A DNA stretch of 64,000 bases from Pristiophorus japonicus (Eukaryota): assembly GCF_044704955.1 (NCBI RefSeq), contig NC_091977.1:239816001-239880000 (forward strand). The letters run 5' to 3'. Under the pieces are notes generated by a model. That model was not told where the DNA came from, did no database searches, and saw only the letters and a list, made by a program, of their open reading frames with translations. Shown in pieces: positions 12,933-25,299 of this stretch (position 1 is its first letter; each line of letters begins with the position of its first letter). The position numbers and the translations under genes are program-made.

Positions 12933-15900
12933 ATGGCCACCGGCAGCACAGAGGAACGTTACTGTGTGGGCGAGAACTGAGACGACTTCGTGGAAAGATT
13001 CCAGCAGAGCTTTGTCACGAAAGACTGGCTGGGAGCGACAGCGGCTGGCAAGCGGAGGGCGCATCTACTGACCAGCTGCGGACCACAGACGTATGCGTTG
13101 ATGAAAGACCTGCTCGCACCCCAAAAGCCAGTGGACAAGTCCTTTGAAGAGCTCAGCCAGCTGATCAGTGAGCATCTCAAGCCGGCGAGTAGCGTACACA
13201 TTTCCCAGCACTGGTTCTACACACACTGGCGTCGGGAGGGACAATACACCTCGGACTTCGTTGTGGACCTGCGGCGCTTGGCCAGCCTCTGTAAGTTCAC
13301 AGACGCCTGCAGGGGGGAGATGTTAAGGGACTTTTTCATTGAGAGCATTAATCATGCCGGGATTTTCAGGAAGCTCATAGAGGCCAAGGACTTGATTTTA
13401 GAAGGGGCGGCATTGATAGCTCAGCTCTTCATGGCAGGGGAAGAGGAGACCAAGCTAATTTACGCGCGCAGCCCTGGTCCCAGAGTGGCGATGGACCAGG
13501 GAGTTAACATAGTGAACGCGGCTAGGGACCCCGCAGGCAGGCAAGGGCATTTCGAAACCGCCCAGGCAGCAACAGACTCCAGGGCGGGCCCGCAACAGGG
13601 ACAATGGAAAGGGGATCGGTAATTCACGCCATCACGAGCAACAATATGTCCTGCGATGGGACCATTAACACCCACCATCAGAGTGCTTAGAAACAAGCAA
13701 ATGGGCAATCAGAGAGGAATACCTGGTAACAGTCCCTTTGTTACCAACAATCTCAGTTCATGCTGGAGATGCGGGGGTAGACATACTGCGAAAAGCTGCA
13801 GGTTTCAGCAAAATACCTGTAGGATTTGTAACGTCAGTGGACACTTGGCCAGGATGTGCAAAAAGGCTGTGGCGAGGCTAATCTGTGAGACAGAGGAACC
13901 AGACGAGGGGTCTGCAATGCAGGATGATGCCTGGGGAAAAGCTATGGATGCTGAAGTTCAGCGGGTTCACGTGGCTGACGTCCACAACTCATACACTAAA
14001 ACGCCACCCATGATGATGAAAGTTTTATTGAATTGCATCCCGGTGCACATGGAGCTGGAAATGGGAGCTAGCGAGTCACTTATAAGTGCCCAACAATTTG
14101 AGAGACTATAGCCACACAGAGCTAGCAGGCCCAAACTGGAACGCATTGACACACAGCTACGGACATACATCAAAGAGATCATTCCAGTGCTAGGCAGTGC
14201 AAACTTGGTGGTAACACATAATAGATCATAAAACCGGCTGCCCCGCGCTCTTGGGGAGGAGTTGGCTAGCCAAGATGAATTGGAAATGGGGGGATGTGCA
14301 TGCCATTTCATCTGTGGAGCGAAGTTCATGCTCACAGGTCCTACAAAAATTTGGGTCACTGTTTCAACCCGGAGTCAGAACGTTCAAGTGCACTAAAGTA
14401 GTGATACGCATCATTCCGGATGCCAGACCAGTGCACCACAAAGCCAGAGCGGTGCTGTATGTGATGCGTGAGAAAATTGAAAGTGAATTGGACAGGCTGC
14501 TCAGAGAGTGCATCATTTCGGCCATTGAATTCAGCGACTGGGCAAGTCCCATCATTCCTGTCCTTAAAGCAGATGGCTCGGTCAGGATTTGTGGCGACTA
14601 CAAAGCCACCATCAACCGAGTGTTGCTGCAAGACCAATACCCGCTCCAGAGAGCGAAAGACCTTTTTGCCATGCTGGCAGGTGGCAAGCTGTTCACGAAG
14701 CTGGAACTCACTTCAGCCTACATGACTCAGAAACTGGCTGAAGAATCCACCATGACGACGCACAAGGGATTATTTATCAACAACAGGGGTCCATTTGGCA
14801 TTTGTTCAGCGGCGACAGCTATCTTTCAACGGAACATGGAAAACTTGCTCAAATCCATTCCTGGAACAATCGTATTTCAAGACGACAACCTTATAACGGG
14901 TCGAGGCACCGAGGAACACCTCCACAACCTGGAGGAGGTGCTACGCCGACTGGACCGGGTAGTCTTGCGGCTGAAAAAGGCCAAGTGTGTGTTTTTGGCC
15001 CCAGAACTCGAGTTTTTGGGCAGAAGGGTTGCCGCAGACGGGATCCGGCCCATCGAATCAAGAACGGAGGCGATCCGCCGGGCGCCCAGGCCCGGCAACA
15101 CGTCGGAGTTGCGATCATTCCTGGGACTTTTGAACTATTTTGGGAACTTTCTGCCAAACTTAAGCACATTGTTGGAGCCGTTACACATGCTCCTGCATAA
15201 AGGTTGTGATTGGCTTTGGGGGGACTGTCAAGAACGGGCTTTCAATAAGGCGAGGAACCTGCTGTGTTCGAACAGACTGTTGACTTTGTATGACCCCTGT
15301 AAAAAACTGGTTTTAACGTGCGATACATCGTCCTACAGGGTTGGGTGTGTGTTGCAGCAGGGTAATGACGACTGCTGAGTCCAACCAGTGGCTTATGCCT
15401 CCAGGTCACTCTCCCAGGCAGAGCGTGGATACGGCATGGTCGAAAAGGAAGCACTCGCTTGTGTTTACGGTGTGAAAAAGATGCACCAGTACCTTTTTGG
15501 TAGACGGTTCGAGCTAGAGACGGACCACAAGCCGTTAACATCCCTGCTGTCCAACAGCAAGGCTGTCAATGCCAATGCGTTAGCTCACATACAGCGATGA
15601 GCTCTCACGCTGGCTGCGTATGACTACACCATACAGCACCGGCCAGGCACCGAAAATTGCGCTGATGCGCTCAGCAGGCTTCCCCTGGCCACCATCGAGG
15701 GGTCAGCGGAGCAAAGCTGAGGCTTTTGACACCGCAGGCTCCCCCATCACAGCCCGCCAGATCAAACTCTGGACCAACAGAGACCCCCTCCTATCCATGA
15801 TAAAGAAATGTGACCTAACTGGGGATTGGGCGCCCACACACAGGGCATGCCCCGAGGAGGTCAGACCGTTTCAGAGACAGATGGATGAGCTCTCCATCCA

Positions 15901-17073
15901 AGCTGACTGCCTGCTATGGGGCAGCCGGGAAGTCATGCCCCAGAAAGGAAGGGAAGCGTTCATCAGGGAACTCCACAGTGAGCACCCTGGCATCGTGTTA
16001 ATGAAGGCCATTGCCCGGTCACATGTATGGTGGCCGGGGATTGACTCAAACCTGGAACACTGGGTTTGCAAGTGCACGACATGTGCCCAGCTGGGCAATG
16101 CCCCCAGGGAGGCCCCACTCAGCCCGTGTCCTGGCCCACCAGGCCATGGTCACGCATTCACGTAGACTATGCAGGCCCGTTCATGGAGAAAATGTTCCTG
16201 ATTGCTGTCGATGCATACTTGAAATGGATCGAGTGCACCATATTAAACTCGTGCACGGCATCCATCACCGTGGAGAGTCTGCGTACGGTTTTCGCGGCCC
16301 ACGGCTTGCCGGATATCCTGGTCAGCGACAATGGCCTGTGTGTCACCAGCCATGAATTCCAGGAGTTTATGTCGGGCAATGGTATCAAACACGTCCGGAC
16401 AGCGCCGTTCAAGCCGGCTTCCAATGGCCAGGCGGAACGTGCGGTCCAAGCCATAAAACAGGGCATGCTACGCATCCAAGGACCCTCCCTTCAGTACCGC
16501 CTATCGTGCCTCCTGCTGGCCTACAGGTCCTGCCCGCACTCGCTCATGGGAGTCCCGCCAGCGGACCTTCTCATGAAATGCATATTTAAAACACGGCTGT
16601 CCCTCATTCACCCAGCCCTGGCAGACATTGTTGGGGGCAAGCGCCAGTCCCAAACCGAGTTCCATGATCGAAACTCAAGGGGGAGGTGTATAGAAATGGA
16701 TGACCCGGTATTTGTTCTTAACCATGCTTTGAGACCCAAGTGGCTTGAGGGCACAGTAATTGGCAAAGAAGGGAATAGGGTCATTGTGGTCAGACTAAAC
16801 AATGGGCAGATATGCCGCAAACACTTGGACCAAGTAAAGAAAAGGTTCAGCATAGACACGGAGGCACCTGCAGAAGAGCATGAGATGTCACCCACATCAC
16901 TGCCAGTGGACGAGCAATGAGGACAATCCACAGCATGCACAGTCCCTGCGGCCAGCCTGGACAGGCCGGAATCACCTCAGGTGACAGAGACACGTACCGA
17001 GGCTCAGCCACCAGAGCCATAACTGGGGCGCTCCATGAGAGAGCGTCGACCACCTGAAAGAGTTAACCTTTGA
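12933..17073 (+). pseudogene. gag-pol: Gypsy-1 gag-pol with stops and frameshifts
   Basis: Two zinc knuckles (CWRCGGRHTAKSC, CRICNVSGHLARMC); RT WASPIIPVLK..VRICGDYK, FQDD; RH LTCDTS; IN HSEHPG..CTTC, HVDYAGP, SDNG. Confidence 0.93.
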
Positions 17074-17101
17074 CACAAAAAGACGTAAGGGGGGAAGGTG
17101 A

Positions 17102-17361
17102 TGTCATGTATGTAACCATCATGCAACGATAATCTTCATGCAACTCCTGTACACTGTACTTATACCCTAGAAATGTACACCCTGACCACAGGGGGCGAAC
17201 GTGTGGGAGGCACTTCTCATCTGGGTTTCCAGGTATAAAAGGGGAGGTCCCACCCAGGGTAGGCACTCCTTGTTCCTGGGAATAAAAGTTAAGGTCATGT
17301 AGTGACTGTATCTGCAGTACATGCCTCGTGTGAGTTTGTAGTACGGTGCAGGGACACCACA
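17102..17361 (+). repeat. Gypsy-1 3' LTR
   Basis: Direct repeat of 12619-12895. Confidence 0.93.
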
Positions 17362-18019
17362 AGAATATCCACTTTTTTTGCCAACTTAATGACCATTTAA
17401 TGCCCATTTTACCACTGAAATGACGTATAATGCCCATTTATCGCCCATTTTGACACAAAATGGAAGCTGGTAGGCATTTTGTGGAAACTTATCGCCGAGC
17501 ATTACTTTTCCCATGTGGTTAATGCCGAGAAAAGATATTACCAACTGCCCACTTTTTGGGGGTGGATGGGCAAATTCAACGTCCATAATATCACCCAGCG
17601 TTACTTTCCATGCAGAATTAACGCCGAGATTCAATATTAACACCCGGCAACTGATTTTTGTCGTAAAGAGCATATTTACCCAAACTAGCGGCCATGGAGA
17701 TCACCCACCGTCAATTTCACCACCTCGCACACATTTCGCCTACAATATCGCTCGCTCAAAAAACCACCCCCCAAAAAAGTGGAACTAACCGGAACGAAGC
17801 ATTATGGACGCCAGTTTCTAGCTCACATGTCGCGTCCTTTAAAACGCTGCTGTGCTTCACCCTCGGCGGAGTTCGGATGTACTCTCCTGGTCATTGGAGT
17901 TGATGTGAACATCTCTAAAAACATCTTGGCCACACTGTGACCGATTGGAATTGAAGAGGTGTGTTGGTCGGGACATTCCTTGTTTGTGTGCAATCGGTGG
18001 AAAACAGTGAACTACTGCA

Positions 18020-19190
18020 ATGGGGCCTGTCCTTTCTCACCCTCTCTTGGTGACCAAATATATGCAGCAGACTCGACATTGCCAAAGGAATGCTGCGCTG
18101 CATTATGTGACCAATGCACGAAGTAACAGACTGATGAGGAGGACCAGACATTACACCCTCCCGCAAGCACAAAGAGAAGCATTCTTACCTCAACTTGCCC
18201 GATACCACCTGCCTTCGGAGACTGCATTTCCACAAAGAGGTTATCACTGAGGTATGCCAGCTGATAAGGGCAGACCTGCAGCCTGCCAGAGCCATCAAAA
18301 CTGCACTATCCGTCAAGGTTAAAGTCACCGCGGCACTATTGTTCTATGCCTCGGGTTCTTTTCAGGCCACAGCTGACGACATTTGTGGACTTTCTCAGCA
18401 TGCCACACATCACTGCATTAGACAGGTCACTGAAGCCCTGTACACATGCAGAAGGGACTTGATCAGCTTTCCGATGACCAGGGAGATACAGAGTGAGAGG
18501 GCTCTAGGTTTCTCCAGAATTACAAACTTCCCCAAGGTGCAAGGAGCAATAGACTGTACGCACATCACGATGCAGGCACCTTTTCAGGATGCTGAGGTTT
18601 TCAGGAACCACAAGGGATTCCACTCCCTGAATATCCAGCTGGTTGTCGACCACCAGCAAATTATACTGGCAGTGAATGCTAAATTTCCAGGCAGCATCCA
18701 TGCTACTCACATCCTGCGTGAGAGCACTGTAACTGATTTGTTTAACAATCAGCCACAAGGTCAATGCTAGATGCTTGGGGACAAAGGATATTGCCTCGCC
18801 ACCTGGCTGATGACCCCGCTGCTTGAGGCTGAAAGGTGATACAAGAAGAGCCACAGAGCAACTCGCAATATCATGGAGAAAACCATTGGAGTGCTGAGGC
18901 AGCGCTTTAGATGCCTGGACCACTCAGGAGGCGAGCTCCAATACCACCCTGGGCAGGTAGCTACACAATTTGGCTATTAGGAGGGGACAAGAATTGCCTG
19001 ATGAGTCTGACAGACTATTTCACCAGAGAGAGGAAGAGGAGGATGAGGAGGCGGACGCTGACATCGGGCCAAACAATCAGGCTGATGCTGAAGCCATGTC
19101 CCCGCCCCCCTGTAGACCGCATGAAGGCATGGTGGCATGATAGCTGCAAGAGCCTTACATCAGGAGCTCATCAATGATCACTTTGCCTGA
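18020..19190 (+). pseudogene. Harbinger DDE transposase (HARBI1-like), disrupted
   Basis: FYASGSFQ, FPKVQGAIDCTHI, FRNHKGFHSLNIQLV, FPGSIH, then LGDKGY after a stop. Confidence 0.9.
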
Positions 19191-20237
19191 AAGAGCGTTG
19201 GTGTTATTTACAAGGTAGACACACTGCTGGGTGTGCAGGTCATACATCATTGGTGGGCACCACCTTGGTGACAGTTAAAGTTTAAGTTGATTGAAGTTAA
19301 GTGTAGTTAAACCCTTTGATGTTAAGGAATCACCAGCGTGTAATGGTGCAGTTATCTGCGCCAATGTGCTGCAAGGTTTTGTAAAATAAAAAATATTTAA
19401 ACTGAACATTAGTCTGAAATCATCAGCATTTCTGTACAAACCAACCCTCCGCCCCCCACTCCCCCACCCCCCATTCCATGCTTCTCCTACCCACCTCTAC
19501 CCCTTACCCTTTCCCTCCTGACTCCAAGCCACCTGGCCGAGGAAGTCCTCAGGCGATGCTTCATTGTGGGGGGGGGTGGTTGACTGCCGACGCGCTGCTT
19601 GGATGGATACGGGAGAGGACGGTCCCGACGTGGGAACGTGCTCCGAGCTAGAAGCAAGATGTTGCTGCTGGCTCTCATGTGTGGTTGGCGATGGGGGTGC
19701 GGCACCTTGGGGTGCAGTGCAGCGCTCCGGGACCACTGGGAGCCCTCTGCCACCAGTGTTCGTGGCTACCAGCTCCAGGCCTCCTCCATCCCTTCCATGT
19801 TATATCTTATTTGTTGGACAAAAAATCGGTGCCAACTATGTTCTTGGTGCTTATTAGACTTTTTGCTGCTGGTGAATCTCCGTCGTTCCTCCCACAACAG
19901 CCAAACAAGCACACACCACAGCCACACACGCTTTCAGTGCCTCTGAGCTCCCTCTCTCTCTGTCTCCTCTTCTGAGCATGTAATGACCTCCTGAATCGCG
20001 GGAATTGAGCATTGCCATGCCGTTGCTAAGGACGGCTACACGTTATGGCAGAAGGTCAGAAAAATTTAACGCTACTGCCCATTTGATATCGCTCATGGAA
20101 ACGCCCATTTTCAAAAATGTAAACTAAGTGTTTAGAGAATGGGCTAGAAGCCGCGATCAAAAAACCCTTTTTTAATGCCCACGCTGGAAATAATGCCCAC
20201 TTTTGGGCGATAAGCTCAAAAGTGGAGGTTCTAGCCC

Positions 20238-21418
20238 TTAATCTTCAATAAAGGAGACTACAAAGGTATGAAGGCAGAGTTGGCTAAAGTGGACTGAGAA
20301 AATAGATTAATGTGTGGGACAGTTGATGAGCAGTGGCAGACATTTAAGGAGATATTTCATAACTCTCAACAAAAATCTATCCCAATGAGAAGGAAAGACT
20401 AATGGAAGAGATAATGATCCTTGGCTAATTAAGGAAATAAGGGATGGTATCAAATTGAAAACAAGGGCATACAATGTAGCCAAGACCAGTGGGAGGCCAG
20501 AGGATTTGGAAACTTTTAAAAGCCAGCAAAGAATGACTAAAAACATAATAAAGAGAGGGAAAATAGATTATGAAAGTAAACTCGCCGAAAATATAAAAAC
20601 AGATAGTAAGACTTTCGACAGGTACATAAAAAGGAAAAGAGTGGCTAAAGTAAATGTTGGTCCCTTATGTGATGAGACTGGGGAATTAATAATGGGGAAC
20701 AGGGAATTGGCAGACTTTGAACAAATATTTTGTCTTGGTCTTTACAGTAGAAAACATTAAAAACATCCCAATAGTGGATAATAAAGGGGCTATAGGGACG
20801 AAGGAAGTTAATATAATCACTATCACTAAAGAAGAAGAACTTGATAAAATAATGGGACCAAAGGTGGACAAGTCCCCTTGACCTGATGGCTTGCATTCTA
20901 GGTTCCTAAAAAAAGTGGCTGCAGAGATAGGGGATGCATTGGTTGTAATCTACCAAAATTCTGGGGAGGTCCTAGCAGATTCAAAAAGTGCAAATGTAAT
21001 GACCCTATTTAAAAAAGGGGGCAGACAGAAAGCAGGAAACTATAGACTGGTTAGCCTAACATCCGTCGTTGGGAAAATGCTGGAGTCAATTATTAAGGAA
21101 GCAGTAGCAGGACATTTGGAAATGCATAATTCAATCAAGCAGGGATAGCATGGCTTTATGAAAAGGAAATCATGTGTGACAAATTTGGTGGAGTTCTTTG
21201 AAGATGTAATGAGCAGGGTGGATAAAGGGGATCCAGTAGATGTAGTGTATTTGGATTTCCAGAAGGCATTCGATAAGGCCACATAAGACGTTGCTGCACA
21301 ACATAAAAGTTCACGGGATTGGAGGTAATATATCAGCATGGATAGAGGATTGGCTAACTAACACAAAACAGAGAGTCGGGATAAAGAGGTTATTTTCCAG
21401 TTGGCAAACAGTAACTAG
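20238..21418 (+). mobile_element. CR1 LINE part 2 (ORF2 linker and RT N-terminal half)
   Basis: [33 protein letters not shown]; ends at VTS, where the provirus inserted. Confidence 0.9.
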
Positions 21419-22622
21419 TGTAAGCGATTTTGATCCTAGCCTAATTGCTAGATGGACGGTTCGAATCGCCCCCGCCTTACGAAAGTTCTAGACCCGGGAA
21501 TTATTATTCAGAGTGTAAATGAAATGAGTCACGGACAGGAATGCTTCGGTGAAAAAAAAATCATACTTCTATTTATTTGGGCTAACATACACTGGCTAAA
21601 ACATGCACTACTAAACAAAATCACTGTGTCTGTGGAGAATAAAATCCAGGTTACAAACAACATACATACAGTACAGAAATGAGACCTAGTAACATGCAGT
21701 AATTCCTTGGTGGATTCTAACTGCACCCCTACCAACAAATTACCCTCCCCAGAATAGCCCTGAAAAGCTTCACTTCTGAGAAAACCTGAGCCCTTACCCA
21801 GCATGCCTGGGATATCTGGTTACTGGCTTGGGACACTCTCGATCATGCACACCATCACATGCAGCCGGTTTCCTTTCTCAGCTCAGCTGTGGGAAGTCAC
21901 TGCCTGGTTTTCAGTCTCGGCGGCTTCTTCTGCTGCACTGCGGCTTCTTCCTCTGGTACATCGATCTTGGTGTAGCGAGAGCGAGAGGTAGAGAGAGCTC
22001 TCTCTAGATACAAGCAGCAAGCTGCAAGCTCCAAGCTTCACTCCAAGCTCCAAGCTTCAAGCTAAAAATAAAGTGGAAAAGACTCTGGTTTTATGGGAGT
22101 TTTGTTACCCCTATCTTTCCCGCCAATCTTTAAAACCCCTTTGTATCTAAGCACAGATGCTTAGTCAGTGATAGGCCATCCAACCCACATGCACTGGGTG
22201 ATGGCCCTTAATCTGGGTATCTCGCCGTGTCTTTGTGTTAGGAATAATCTGGCTCCCCTTTGGCTGGCCAGGCTAGTGGGTTCATTGTTTCTGTTTTTCC
22301 TTCTGAGATGGAAGTGAGAAGTGCTTTTACATATTAGAGTGGCTTTGTCAATGGCCCTTCCTGACTGACAGCTCTTTTGTCAATATTCGTGGCCCCCTTC
22401 CTTTAGCTGTGACTGGTGGGCAAACCCGTTCTGGATGACTGACAGATCTTTTGTCACAACTCGCTGCCATGCGGTCTCTGGAGTTTTAACAAAACCAGCT
22501 TTTTCACATACCTGCACAGAGTGATCCCATCATAGGGAAAATACCCTCAGAAAAACCCATAAAGTCCATGAAATATTCTCGACTGAATCCATTCTTGAAA
22601 CAGCAACTTTGCGATCTCTTCA
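21419..22622 (-). repeat. 3' LTR of the Loki-like provirus
   Basis: TGTAAGCG...TCTCTTCA on the plus strand; PPT (minus strand ATGGGGGAC) adjacent at 22623-22631. Confidence 0.93.
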
Positions 22623-22981
22623 GTCCCCCATTTGATGCTTTTTCTTTCCATAAAGCATCACTCGACGAGAGAGCAAAGGCCAAAGTCTCCCACAAGTGAA
22701 GTTGTTCCCCTGATTTTACGTTTTAAAAACCCCAAAACTGTACCCCTTACTGCATGTCACCGTTCCCTTCTACAGAGTTAAGACATCAGTGAAAACGGCT
22801 TCTTAACACGTGGTCGGATTCCACTCCTCGATACGTTAGAAAAACACTGCGCACATCACGCAAAACAGAGTGTGAAACCCTAACCAGAATATACAATACA
22901 CTTGCTTACAGAACTTTGGTACATTACAAGTTTTAGCAGGGAGAAACCATCGTCCACATACATCAATTACACCTCTCCGGG

Positions 22982-25272
22982 TCAATCTAACACCCCTTGC
23001 CACTGCGCTCGGATCATCTGGCTCTGTCGCCTGTAGCTGGTGTAAAACAAGTAGCCTACAAGGAACAATTGTATGATAACCAATGCATGGGAACAGATGC
23101 AGTTCCCGGGAGGAATCTCCACACTCAGACCGATGTCCCACCACGGTGGCGAGGCAATCCCCTTGATCTCCTCCCCCAGTCCTACTGTCTTTTGCTCTAA
23201 GGTTTAAAAATGTTTCTGGGATAGCTCAACGGTCTTTATTAACTCAGTGAGGTGTTCCGGCAGAAAAGGAATCGGGTACCCGAAATGCTCCACATAGTCC
23301 TGGAGATGCGTGTCATTCACAGTGAGGTGAATGGTTGAGGGTTCGAGGATGGGAGTAATTCGCTCTTGTGCCACTTGAACCTCAGCCTTGAGTGTGAAAG
23401 AAAACTGCTATCGTTCATCGGACACCACATGTCCTGATTGTATCGGTAGCGGAGCGCACGTGGTGCCACTCCCCACATATGCTACCTGTGGAGGTACGTG
23501 ATCTGGTGCCATCATTTCCATGGTGCAATTGATAGGTTCCCCGCCTGCAGAAGCAAACCCACATTCTGATCGGGCAAAAGCAATCAAGTGCTGGGGACAC
23601 AGTATTACGTGTGCACCACGGCTCTGGCATCCGGAGAGGTCAATGCCTGTCATGGCATGCTCCCACTTTATGACATACGGTAGGACCACTTTAAAACGAA
23701 CATGCACTCCTCCACGAATGACCCCGATATTCTCAACCCTGTATACCGGTGCTGGCTGGAATTACCTGTCCATTACCAGCATCCTTACTACAATTCCCAT
23801 CACTGTATGGTTGGACTGCCTGCAATCTAGAGGGACAGGGTAGGCTTCAGAGGCTAAACAAAGCTGGCACGGGCTCAATGAATTGCTATATGGATGCAGC
23901 GCGACGAGATGCTTGTTGTTTATCCATGAAGGGACGTGACCTTGCCTCAGGTCCTCCAGGTTACAGCGGCCCTCGCCCAGCAGCTATGCTCCATACAACA
24001 CACACACCTCATACCGGACAGCCTGCTCCGAGGTGTTCCTGTCCTCCCGTATTAAATCATTAACAGTTATTAGCGTGCCTCTCCAGCTCCGCAATGACCT
24101 CCTTTAAATGAACAGTCATTGCCTGGTCCTCATGAAGCTCTGAACCCACCACTTTGTTCTTTTCCCCTAGAATCTTACACAGTTGGTTCTTTAACCCAGT
24201 GATCTGCATCTGGAGTTGCACATCATCCATAGTATTAACAATACCCGTTCCTGTACTGAGCACTGTGGCTACATCGTTCCAGGTCCCTCTTCTCTGCCTC
24301 CCGGACCCCACACTATTCCCAACATTCAGATCATAAAGCTGTTCTTTATCTACATTTCCAAAGTCCAGTTTATAAAATTCCTGAAGCATCACTTTTAACA
24401 GAGCTTCATAAAGCTTCTTCGTCTTCTTTGGGCAGCACACAGGCAGGTGGACTTCAGTCAGGTTGAGGATCACGCATGTCACGGAGTAGTGCACATTCTG
24501 AAACAAAACTTTGTCAGTAGGGATTAACACCAACCCATTGCTGGATCCCTGGTGGTGGTAGGACACCTATCTATAGCCGTCTGTACTGTCGGGCTCTGGG
24601 CGGGGGCTTCCTGGTGTATGAGATGAGCTCTGTGGCGTTGATGGTGTTCGGGGGATTTGGGATCACACAGGAGTCCACACTCCGACCCCAACCAATCCCA
24701 CCCCCGGCATCCTGCCATCGCCTGCTAAACGCGATCGACACACCAGTTCGGCAGATCTTTTCCGACCCCCACATATACACATCAATCCCTTCCTCGGAGT
24801 CCCACCACTTATTGCAACACAGATACACTCCTCCCTGAGAATCCGTGATCGTCCAGTACGTGTCGTTACGTAGTCTTTCCCAGTCAGCTGTCTGGTCCCC
24901 TGTGTCCATGCTCAGTTTCCTAAGCCACCATCACCTTCCCAGTAGAATGTGTCCCCTACAGCTAAGGCACACCTGTTTACCCTCCGTTACCCTAACCCGG
25001 GAGGTGGTGACCCCTATTCTCGGACATGGGATGGAAGCTTCACCATTGTTGAATTTGTCATGGCTGGAATACTGGGTGGAATTCGACCCCAGCCATCCAG
25101 GCCCTCTTCCCTTGTGGAGATAGACGCTCGCCCCATCATTCGAGCCACCTCCAGTGCTCACGGTCGGTCCGTCTCTGCCAGTGCAGCCGAAGATAACTGA
25201 TTCCTCGGTGTCGCCCCTGCGACTCGTGCTGGCTTCAATCATGGCGATCAGGATTACTATGGCTGGCTTCAT
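22982..25272 (-). pseudogene. env: env: F-like class I fusion glycoprotein with an N-terminal extension, several stops and frameshifts
   Basis: Signal-like MKPAIVILIAMIEAS; furin site RQRR followed by GTWNDVATVLSTGTGIVNTMD and a heptad; DLRQGHVPSWI; YRVENIG; IDLSGC..ILCP; PPWWDIG followed by TM ALVIIQLFLVGYLFY and a short tail (manually translated). Confidence 0.8.
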
Positions 25273-25299
25273 TTTATTTTTAGGCATTCCCTGACAAAC

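Larger units (their letters stand above)
12619..17361 (+). mobile_element. Ty3/Gypsy LTR retrotransposon, full length, degenerate
   Basis: Paired TG..CA LTRs; PBS TGGCGATGAG at 12898; PPT AAGGGGGGAAGG before 17102; TSD AGAAC/AGAAT; domain order gag-PR-RT-RH-IN. Confidence 0.95.
12609..20237 (+). mobile_element. PIF/Harbinger DNA transposon (about 2.9 kb of its own sequence), interrupted by a Gypsy element inside its left TIR
   Basis: Left TIR GGGCTAGAAC|..ATCCACTTTT versus right AAAAGTGGAGGTTCTAGCCC (20218-20237), followed by TTA. Internal HARBI1-like transposase. The left TSD does not match. Confidence 0.85.

Noticed and set aside
18020-19190. Domesticated HARBI1 gene
   Set aside because: It lies between TIRs and has stops and a frameshift, so it is a transposon copy.
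19487-19800. Harbinger second (Myb/SANT) ORF on the minus strand
   Set aside because: The position fits, but no recognisable Myb tryptophan motif remains, so it is not called separately.
21452-21991. Small ORFs duplicated at 30689-31300 as viral accessory genes
   Set aside because: They are duplicated only because they lie in the LTRs; mostly antisense, with no motifs.
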